This document shows, piece after piece, positions 40,890 to 48,368 of a stretch of DNA of 64,000 bases. The DNA comes from an uncultured Pseudomonadota bacterium (GTDB lineage: Bacteria > Babelota > Babeliae > Babelales > RVW-14): assembly GCA_964527595.1 (NCBI GenBank), contig CAZGPI010000001.1, positions 81,145 through 145,144 on the forward strand. The letters are read 5' to 3'. Each line of letters begins with the position of its first letter. Position 1 is the first letter of the stretch. Below the pieces are notes generated by a model. It was not told the DNA's origin. It saw nothing but the letters and a program-made list of their open reading frames with translations, and searched no databases. A program made the position numbers and the translations under genes.

Positions 40890-40909
40890 TAATTTGTTTC
40901 AAGAAATTC

Positions 40910-42220
40910 TTAGGATAGAAGCTCTCTCAGTTTCTTGGTGACGCCAAGCTCTCCTAGCGTTTTCTTCCATCTTGGGCCTCCTCCTGCACAACCGCCAACC
41001 CTTACGATTTTAACTTCGGGTTTTTCGACTGATTTTACAACAGGAGCAGCGGCCGCCACCACTTCTTCAGTTTTTGGTGCTGGCTTTTTCTCTATCCACA
41101 CCAACTTCTTGGCGCCAGAACGTTTTCTTGCGGCACTTTGCATGCTTTCTTTACGCTGTTTGTCACTATTTTCGGCCGCTTCTACTTTTTTTTTTGGAGC
41201 TTTGGCGGCAACGCTACGTTCTTTAGGATCTGATACAGATAACCGTGCAAAGTCTTCTTCTAGCTTTTCTGTCGAAGCTGCAACCGGCTCACTCCTTTTT
41301 TTTTCAAAGAGGGCTAAGCGTGCTGCTCTCGCCCTTAGCTGTTCTTCTGTTTCTTGACGTGGCAATGAAGCTGCGGCTGCTTGCATTGTTAGTGGTGCTT
41401 TATCGGTTTCTTCAAAATGACCTACTTTCTTACCTGAAGTTCCTAATTCTTTAAAATGCCTACCACTGACACCTTGCTGCTGGGCAATTCTTCTTTTATT
41501 CGTTTTAGGAGCTGCGGCTGATGGTTCTTCAACTCCGGGGGCAAGTTGGCGTGCGGCTTCACCTTCATTTGCCGGCTGCGCATTAACGACAAGATGAGCT
41601 TCATTATGCACTTGTTCCACTGGTGCGGGATCCACAGTTGGTTGCGTTGATAGCAATATTGCGGCTGCTTCATCAGGGTCAACAGCTTCAGGAATAATTA
41701 CAGGATCTTGCGGCACAACTACATTTACTTGACCAGTCGGCAAATCGTTATGCACTTGTTCAGCTGCTTGAGGATCCACATTTGGGTGCATTGATAGCTC
41801 GAGAGCGGCCGCTTCATCAGGATCAATTATTGGATCTAGTTGAGCCCCTGTATTTGCTGGTTGGTTTGTTGCATCGGGCGATTTTTCATAAGCCATATAT
41901 ATAAGTGCAAGGGTAATGATAGTTGCAGCGCTTGCTCCCAACCAAATTGCTGTTTTCATGCGTTTATAAAATGATTGAGAAAGTGGTTGCGTCACTAAAA
42001 GATCTTCAAGTTGTTGGGCATTTCCTTTTTTTGAACCCAATAACAAAGCCACTTGATTAGGATTAAGTGTTTTAGCTAATTGAACGAGCTCTTGTTTTTC
42101 GCTTTTGCTATTTTGCGTTGCAATTACATCACTTGCACTATTAGCCTGAAGTGTTCCGAGTGCACCAAAAAAAATAGTGACGACAAAACTGATGGCATAT
42201 CTTTTCTTTACCATAAACAT
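40910..42220 (-). CDS. exported/membrane protein with internal repeat and Ala/Lys/Glu-rich C-terminal half
   Basis: A signal peptide and a second TM (AIWLGASAATIITLALIYMAY) are present. A duplicated block DPDEAAA..L.S..P.VDP...EQVHN occurs twice. The tail is basic and low-complexity. Confidence 0.55.
   Translation of the reverse strand: MFMVKKRYAISFVVTIFFGALGTLQANSASDVIATQNSKSEKQELVQLAKTLNPNQVALLLGSKKGNAQQLEDLLVTQPLSQSFYKRMKTAIWLGASAATIITLALIYMAYEKSPDATNQPANTGAQLDPIIDPDEAAALELSMHPNVDPQAAEQVHNDLPTGQVNVVVPQDPVIIPEAVDPDEAAAILLSTQPTVDPAPVEQVHNEAHLVVNAQPANEGEAARQLAPGVEEPSAAAPKTNKRRIAQQQGVSGRHFKELGTSGKKVGHFEETDKAPLTMQAAAASLPRQETEEQLRARAARLALFEKKRSEPVAASTEKLEEDFARLSVSDPKERSVAAKAPKKKVEAAENSDKQRKESMQSAARKRSGAKKLVWIEKKPAPKTEEVVAAAAPVVKSVEKPEVKIVRVGGCAGGGPRWKKTLGELGVTKKLRELLS
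41582..41824 (-). repeat. intragenic tandem duplication (two units of about 33 aa separated by a linker of about 15 aa)
   Basis: aa 133-165 (DPDEAAALELSMHPNVDPQAAEQVHNDLPTGQV) resemble aa 181-213 (DPDEAAAILLSTQPTVDPAPVEQVHNEAHLVVN). Confidence 0.6.
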
Positions 42221-42318
42221 AAAAAATCCTTAATGGGTTAACGATTGAGCTTCATAAAATGAATACGAATTTATTGTATAGATAGAAGTTTAATTGTCTT
42301 TAGAGAAAAAACAAGTTT

Positions 42319-43035
42319 TTAGGCTTTTGACTTGCCGCCCTTAAGCATTATTTCAAATGGTATTTTATTGACGCAGTCAAGGGACTCAAGTGAAATGGTA
42401 AGTTGGTTTTTGATGTTTTTTTGCGTAACAAAAATGATTTTCTTTGTTTTGCTAAAACTTGCGATAAGGGCTGGGTGTTGCGGATCGAGGACTTTGGTCC
42501 GAATGTTTTCGACCGAAAACTTATTTGATTGTTGCATATTAATGTTAAGCGTTGTTACCCCAAGAGCCGTGCCAAAGATGACGCTTGGCAAAACGGCAAA
42601 ACCGATGCCTGATATAAGGATTGCCGTTGAGGCTATTGCCGTAACGATTGGAATAATAACTGGATTGGTTGTTACTTTGCGTTTAATCACCAAACTATTT
42701 TCAATCTTTATATCGATATTAGACTGCGCAAGAAGATATTCTTGAGCTGTTCGATTTTCAACGGTTATTTCAAGTGCTTGATAATACGAGGTGAGGCCTA
42801 GAATTTTTACTGGATTATAGCAGTTAAAGAGCGTTCTCATTTCAGCCGCCGATAAAGGGTGAACCGACAATTTAATGTTGTTTTTTTCCTGAGAAAAATC
42901 GGAATAGCTTTTTGCAGAACATTGAGTTAAGCCGATGCTTATGACAAAAAGCAATGCACCCAGGTGCTTAATTTTATTACATACATTAGCAGCTAACATA
43001 ATAAGCATTGCTTGTCCTTGCCGTAATAAAAGCAT
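42319..43035 (-). CDS. lipoprotein with central double-TM hairpin; paralogue of 42986-43669
   Basis: The lipobox is IGLTQC. Later hydrophobic segments are PIVTAIASTAILISGIGFAVLPSVIFGTALGV. The likely true start is the internal ATG at 43008 or 42999, which shortens the overlap with the upstream gene. Confidence 0.5.
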   Translation of the reverse strand: MLLLRQGQAMLIMLAANVCNKIKHLGALLFVISIGLTQCSAKSYSDFSQEKNNIKLSVHPLSAAEMRTLFNCYNPVKILGLTSYYQALEITVENRTAQEYLLAQSNIDIKIENSLVIKRKVTTNPVIIPIVTAIASTAILISGIGFAVLPSVIFGTALGVTTLNINMQQSNKFSVENIRTKVLDPQHPALIASFSKTKKIIFVTQKNIKNQLTISLESLDCVNKIPFEIMLKGGKSKA

Positions 43036-43669
43036 TAAAGGTTGTTGTGGTGTTTGTTGCCGCGGTTGTAAAGGTTATGTTAAAGCGAGGTGTGTATTGA
43101 GTTCGTTTTACAAAAACAAGTGTATCAATCGATTCAAATGGCGGTATAACAAGTGTTTCGTTAAGAAATTTGGCATTGTTTTTAAGATATTTAATGGATC
43201 GTTCATGTTGACGAATACTTTGTTGGCAAGCACATGAACCTAAAATAAACACGGTTGGTAGAACAATTTGCCAACAAAAAATTATCCCCAAAACCGATGT
43301 CAAAACGCATGGGATAAAATTGATTGAGAAAAGCTTCGGTTCTTGTTTTTTAAGATTTTCGAGCGTTTCAATGGGTAATGAAATGTTTTTTAGGGGCATT
43401 TCTTGGGCATAAGCCGTTTTATTTTTTATGTGAAGGTGTATTGGTTGGTATTTTGAAAGATAGTTTTTGAATTCATCTTGATCAAATGCTCTGATCGTAA
43501 GATCTATATTGCTTTTGTGTTCTTCAAATGAGTAAATAATCTTTTCTTTGGGGACAATCCGTTGTGCCTGGTATTTGGCGCATCCAGGGAAAATGGCGAA
43601 TGCTAAGACCCACAACAGGAATAGGGCATAAGGCTTTGTCTTTATGGGCAATTTCATTTGGTTCTTCAT
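42986..43669 (-). CDS. lipoprotein with central double-TM hairpin; paralogue of 42319-43035
   Basis: The lipobox is IFPGC. The layout matches its paralogue: a beta-rich N-domain (DLTIRAFDQDEF, compare KLSVHPLSAAEM), then TM segments, then a C-domain. An alternative ATG lies at 43657. Confidence 0.5.
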   Translation of the reverse strand: MKNQMKLPIKTKPYALFLLWVLAFAIFPGCAKYQAQRIVPKEKIIYSFEEHKSNIDLTIRAFDQDEFKNYLSKYQPIHLHIKNKTAYAQEMPLKNISLPIETLENLKKQEPKLFSINFIPCVLTSVLGIIFCWQIVLPTVFILGSCACQQSIRQHERSIKYLKNNAKFLNETLVIPPFESIDTLVFVKRTQYTPRFNITFTTAATNTTTTFNAFITARTSNAYYVSC

Positions 43670-43825
43670 TTATGGTTGCGCGATCATTTATATTAAACAT
43701 GGGCCAAGATGAATATTCATTGTAAAAAGATAGCAAATACAGATTACTAAAAACAATTTTTTAATAATTTTATATTCATTAAGGGGATGGGAGTTTAGTA
43801 GGGGGACATTCTTGGGGGGATTCAC

Positions 43826-44467
43826 ATGAAAAGTTTTTTGCTTTTTATCTTTTTCTGCTGTTGTTTTTTTAATACACATGCATCGCTGAGCACCTTTTTC
43901 AAAGAGTTTGGTCGATTTAATGAAAAAAACAAACAACATCTTGGCGAAGTTTTTGATAATTTCCATTCCGTTGAAGAAGGGCAATTTTATCGCTCTCAAC
44001 AATTATCTCCGCTAGTTCTTGATAAACACATTAAAACAAATGGTATCAAAACGTTGATTTGTTTGCGTGGTGACGGTGATACTGAGTGGTGGAGAAATGA
44101 AAAAGCGGTTGCCGAGCATAATGGCACATTGGTTTTTTCTTTGAGCCTGAGCGCTGTTTACCTAACCACAAAAACCGATCTTATGAAAATATTAACGATT
44201 TTCCAAGAAGCCCCGCGACCAATTCTTGTCCATTGTATTGGTGGCGCCGACCGTACCGGAGAAGTTTCAGCCTTATGGGTTCTTGACCAACAAAAAAAAG
44301 ATAAAAGCGAAGCCCTTAAGCAACTGGCTATAACGTATGGTCATCGAAAATATAAAAATTCGGCTAAAGATTTTTTAATCGAGATTTGGCAGGGACGCGA
44401 CTGGGCCTTTAATGTCTATGACCACAAAAATTATCCATCGCTATGTAACCCTTCAGATTTGCGATAA
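43826..44467 (+). CDS. exported CX5R protein-tyrosine/dual-specificity-type phosphatase (Siw14/OCA, COG2365-like), copy A
   Basis: A signal peptide is present. NFHSVEEGQFYRSQQLSP...GIKTLICLRG is followed by the P-loop VHCIGGADRTGEVSALW. Confidence 0.8.
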   Translation: MKSFLLFIFFCCCFFNTHASLSTFFKEFGRFNEKNKQHLGEVFDNFHSVEEGQFYRSQQLSPLVLDKHIKTNGIKTLICLRGDGDTEWWRNEKAVAEHNGTLVFSLSLSAVYLTTKTDLMKILTIFQEAPRPILVHCIGGADRTGEVSALWVLDQQKKDKSEALKQLAITYGHRKYKNSAKDFLIEIWQGRDWAFNVYDHKNYPSLCNPSDLR

Positions 44468-44520
44468 AGGTACGTATCAAAGCTTGAGGAATAGGGGATA
44501 TTTACGGGGAAAGGATTTCC

Positions 44521-45159
44521 ATGAAAAGGTTTTTGTTTTTAGTATCATTTTGTTGTTGTTTTTCAGCACAGGCATCGCTAAGCAATATCTTCAAAGAACT
44601 TACCCAATTTAATGCAAAAAACAGGCAACATGTTGGCGAAGTTTTTGATAATTTTTATACGGTCGATGAAGGGCAATTTTATCGTTCGCATTTGCTGCCG
44701 CCACAAACGCTTGATAAATATATTAAAAAAATTGGCATTAAAACGGTGTTACATTTGTGCGGGGAATTAGATGGTGAATCGTGTGCCAGCGAAAAAGCGG
44801 TTGCTGAGCAAAATGGCATATTCTTTTTTTCTCTTAGTATGAGTGCTGTTTATCTGACCAATAATACCGACCTTATGAAGGTGCTAACTATTTTCCAGGA
44901 AGCCCCCCGCCCAATTCTTGTACATTGCATGGGTGGTGCTGATCGTACCGGAGAGGTTTCGGCTTTATGGGTTCTTGATCAGCAAAAAAAAGACAAAAGC
45001 GAAGCCTTCAAACAACTGGCTATAACCTATGGTCATCGAAAATATAAAAATTCGGCTAAAGATTTTTTAATTGAGATTTGGCAAGGGCGCGAATGGGCCT
45101 TTAATGTCTATGACCATCGCAATTATCCATCGCTATGCAGACCTTCAGATTTACGATAA
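44521..45159 (+). CDS. exported CX5R phosphatase, copy B (tandem paralogue)
   Basis: The architecture matches copy A, with P-loop VHCMGGADRTGEVSALW. The SD is AAAGGA. The 3' end overlaps the convergent cyclin gene by 37 nt. Confidence 0.8.
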   Translation: MKRFLFLVSFCCCFSAQASLSNIFKELTQFNAKNRQHVGEVFDNFYTVDEGQFYRSHLLPPQTLDKYIKKIGIKTVLHLCGELDGESCASEKAVAEQNGIFFFSLSMSAVYLTNNTDLMKVLTIFQEAPRPILVHCMGGADRTGEVSALWVLDQQKKDKSEAFKQLAITYGHRKYKNSAKDFLIEIWQGREWAFNVYDHRNYPSLCRPSDLR

Positions 45160-45830
45160 AGGTATTTATCGAGGCTAGTAAGATAGATATTGTAGGTACC
45201 TTCGTCGACCGACAATGAAAATTTTATTGCAAAAAGCAACTCAAACTCGAGGCGATTTAGCCCTGCTGTTGATATGCCAAAAATTTTAGCATAATATGCA
45301 TTATCAAAAAATTCGTCCTCTAAAAATTTTGTAGCAATGAGGAGCGCCGTTGCAAATAGTTGATGAATATTCGTTGGCGAAACACGATTGCCGGCCTGAG
45401 CTTGAATATAGCGATCTATGTAGATGAGCGCAAAAATATAGCATGATTCAGAGCATTGCGAGGATTGAACAATCCTAAGCAAGTAGTCTTCAAGGGATAT
45501 ATCAGGAATTTTTCGCAAATCAAAATACGTTAGTTTTTCGGGCAAACCGTTTTTTAGGGATTGTTTGGCAAGTCCATTTAATGCAACAACAATAGCATGT
45601 AATCGGCTTGGTGTTTGCGGGAATTTGCATAACTCAAATTTTGCGTGACGATTGGCATCGCCGCAAGCATCGCAAAGTTTCCCATAAAAGGAATCTTCCA
45701 ATAAGGCGATCGCAGCCACTGGGTTTACGCTAACCGCTGACGCATCACAAGCGTCAGCGGGATTGATCATTGATTGTAGTGTTGTTAAGGATAAGCAAAG
45801 AAAAATTAGTGCTAAGCAACGTTGTAACAT
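45123..45830 (-). CDS. PHO80-like (P/U-type) cyclin-domain protein with N-terminal leader
   Basis: DISLEDYLLRIVQSSQCSESCYIFALIYIDRYIQ...NIHQLFATALLIATKFLEDEFFDNAYYAKIFGISTAGLNRLEFELLFAIKFSLSV follows the PHO80-type cyclin-box consensus closely. The SD AAGAGG lies in the 9-nt gap after the nrdD stop. Confidence 0.85.
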   Translation of the reverse strand: MLQRCLALIFLCLSLTTLQSMINPADACDASAVSVNPVAAIALLEDSFYGKLCDACGDANRHAKFELCKFPQTPSRLHAIVVALNGLAKQSLKNGLPEKLTYFDLRKIPDISLEDYLLRIVQSSQCSESCYIFALIYIDRYIQAQAGNRVSPTNIHQLFATALLIATKFLEDEFFDNAYYAKIFGISTAGLNRLEFELLFAIKFSLSVDEGTYNIYLTSLDKYLYRKSEGLHSDG

Positions 45831-45839
45831 AAGCCTCTT

Positions 45840-47762
45840 TTATAGTGTTGGTTCTTGTGGTAAATCTTGTTGAATTGGCATATGCGTAACTTCTGTAATA
45901 TCGTCTTTGAATATTCGTTTCTTATGTTCTTCTTGGCGTCCGCGGTTCCATGCCGATACCGGAGTAAAGTATCCGATAATACGAGTATAATGTTCTGTTA
46001 TTGGCGCCGCGCAGATTGGGCATGATGGAACGGGTCCAGCAACGGTAATATGACTGTTTTTACATTTACAGAAATTATAGTTTACGGCAAAGTGATCACA
46101 ACCACAGATAATTGCATAATCGATCAATTTTTTCATTTGATCAACCGAGGTTAACTTTTCACCAACATTCAAATGTGAAATGCCACCACCAGTTAAGGCA
46201 CGAGAAAATGTTCCATCAAGTTTTACGCGGTCGACAATATCACAATCAACCCATAATGGAACGAATTGATTAGAGTATATTTTGTACTGCATATTGTAGA
46301 GTAGCTCATCTTTTGCAGCAAATTTAACTGCAAGGCTTTCTGCGGGTACTTGTTCAACGTTGAATGGAACGTTATATTTCTTACTGCATTCTGTTGCATA
46401 GTTTTTTATTGATTCAAGCAAATCATATGCAAGTCGTTTACCCTGCTCGGTCAAGATTGAATAACCAAGTTCTTCGAGACATTCATAAACACCGTTGATA
46501 CCAAAGGTGCTGAATAAGCGGCTCATGGACATAATGTCATATTTAAAGAACGGTAAAAAACCTTCATTTACCCTAAGAGCAAGAAGCTTGCGGTGAGCAT
46601 TTAATGCATCTCTTGATTGATCAAGTTTTACCTTAAGAAGTTCTAATAAATTTTCATATGATGTTGCAAGCTTACCAAGTCTGGCTAGATTTAGGGTAAC
46701 AATGCGATGCGAGCCGAGAGAAATGCCGCCATTACCAAAACTATCACAGCCAGCAAGTTCTAGGTCATTAATGAGGCGGCAGCAACTTGCAATTTTATTT
46801 CCGGAGGATATGTAGATATTAAAACAGGCTTTTTCAAGATTTATTGCAGAAAAGTATTCAAGTGCTTCACGATCTAAGATGTTGCGATTTTCATCAATGC
46901 GCAAATTGAGGGTGACAACGGGAAATCGATAAGGTAAGCCACTTGAAGGATCACCTTTACTAAACCAGTCGCAGAATATTTTTTGAATTTCCATAATGGC
47001 ATCAATGTCTGGTGTTGATCCATCAGGAAAAACGAGTTCACCAAATAGTTGGATTAGGTTTGGTTTATCAAAGATTGATAAGTTGGTAAATGGGGATTGA
47101 TGCGACGGACGAAGTTTTTTGTTTAGTGTGTGAATCAATGACTGAAAATCGTTTTCGATTTCTTTGCGTACTCGAGGATCGCTTAGGTCAAGTTTGTCTC
47201 TTTTTATAAAGTAAGAATAACAAACAAAAAGATCGCCAATAGCAACGGCACCAGCAATTTGTTGGGCCAATTCTATAGTGACTTCTTTTACTTGATCAAT
47301 AAATGATCGTGCGCGATGAGGAGGGAGCGACTTAAGTTGTCCCCAAAAATTTCCGCGATCAAGCAAAAAATATGATGAATATGCCCAGCAATAAGGGACT
47401 TGTATAGCGGTGCTATCATGGAAGTATAGATCACCATTCCACATAGAATGCATAATCTTTTCGGCCTGATCTTCGCCATACTCTTTTGTTAATATTGCAT
47501 GCAAGTCATGATACCCGAGCAGCTTAAAATTACTTTTAGAAACCTCAGAAAGGTAGTTGCCATGAGATCGACCGTCATGCAGATTTGCATTATTATCAAT
47601 TGATATATCGATTAATTGTTCGCCATAATAGCGATCAGACATAAGCGACATATCTAGTTGTTTTTCAGAGATCCCTTCAAATTCAAGGATCCGTGGATTT
47701 GTTTCGGCATATATTTTTTTGAAACTATCTGAAAATTGTGAGTAGTTTTTTAACATTTCCAT
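45840..47762 (-). CDS. nrdD: anaerobic ribonucleoside-triphosphate reductase (class III)
   Basis: The C-terminal Zn ribbon is CKCKN...CPIC. The glycyl-radical motif is RIIGYFTPVSAWNRGRQEE. Length is 640 aa. Confidence 0.93.
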   Translation of the reverse strand: MEMLKNYSQFSDSFKKIYAETNPRILEFEGISEKQLDMSLMSDRYYGEQLIDISIDNNANLHDGRSHGNYLSEVSKSNFKLLGYHDLHAILTKEYGEDQAEKIMHSMWNGDLYFHDSTAIQVPYCWAYSSYFLLDRGNFWGQLKSLPPHRARSFIDQVKEVTIELAQQIAGAVAIGDLFVCYSYFIKRDKLDLSDPRVRKEIENDFQSLIHTLNKKLRPSHQSPFTNLSIFDKPNLIQLFGELVFPDGSTPDIDAIMEIQKIFCDWFSKGDPSSGLPYRFPVVTLNLRIDENRNILDREALEYFSAINLEKACFNIYISSGNKIASCCRLINDLELAGCDSFGNGGISLGSHRIVTLNLARLGKLATSYENLLELLKVKLDQSRDALNAHRKLLALRVNEGFLPFFKYDIMSMSRLFSTFGINGVYECLEELGYSILTEQGKRLAYDLLESIKNYATECSKKYNVPFNVEQVPAESLAVKFAAKDELLYNMQYKIYSNQFVPLWVDCDIVDRVKLDGTFSRALTGGGISHLNVGEKLTSVDQMKKLIDYAIICGCDHFAVNYNFCKCKNSHITVAGPVPSCPICAAPITEHYTRIIGYFTPVSAWNRGRQEEHKKRIFKDDITEVTHMPIQQDLPQEPTL

Positions 47763-48202
47763 TGTCCCGCCTCTTTTTTAAAAACCCTTTGATTTGTTGA
47801 TGCTGGCCACCCGTTGACATGAAGTTCGCTACGGTATTGTCCACAGACAATTAATTGTAAATTTTTGAGTAAATCTTGAGGTAACACTTCAAATTCGCGA
47901 CCGGTGTAAAGCGCTATTTCTTTAGAGCTCGTTGTGGTAACTTTTTCACAAAGAGCCTTGAGAAAATCGATTTGATCAGTTGGTTCGCCACCTAAAAAAA
48001 CTACGGCATCTGCCAATGGATGTTGCTGTATTTTTAGCAAAACATCTTCGATTGGCATAAGGAGCCCATTTTCACGTTCCCATAAATCTTTGTTTTGGCA
48101 ACCAGAACATCTGATGCTGCACCCTGAAAGGTAAATGGCAATTGCTGTTTTGCCTGGGTAGTCGATGAATGACGTGCACATGCGTGCGATGTAACCCTGC
48201 AT
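47750..48202 (-). CDS. nrdG: anaerobic RNR activating protein (radical SAM)
   Basis: The CSIRCSGC (CxxxCxxC) cluster lies near the N-terminus. Length is 150 aa. The stop overlaps the nrdD start by 13 nt. Confidence 0.85.
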   Translation of the reverse strand: MQGYIARMCTSFIDYPGKTAIAIYLSGCSIRCSGCQNKDLWERENGLLMPIEDVLLKIQQHPLADAVVFLGGEPTDQIDFLKALCEKVTTTSSKEIALYTGREFEVLPQDLLKNLQLIVCGQYRSELHVNGWPASTNQRVFKKEAGQWKC

Positions 48203-48368
48203 TGTCCCCCCGTGAGTTTGATGACCCTAATTTTTAACTTGGTATATTTTAGATGAAAAAAGAGTAAGAAGAAAATGATTTTTAAAATTATTCTGTTGGT
48301 ATTTTAGCCAACAATAAAAACAACTAACTTCTTACGCGAAAAGATTAAATATTGTTTATCTAACAAAA

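Noticed and set aside
40935-41357. 140-aa plus-strand ORF (and 41245-41454) antisense to 40910-42220
   Set aside because: It is a compositional artefact of the Ala/Lys/Glu-rich low-complexity region on the other strand. It has no SD and gives a Ser/Phe/Ala-rich nonsense translation.
48203-48368. NrdR boxes upstream of nrdG
   Set aside because: Only vague AT-rich partial palindromes are present (for example ttggtatattttag). Nothing resembles the 16-bp acaCwAtATaTwGtgt pair with proper spacing.
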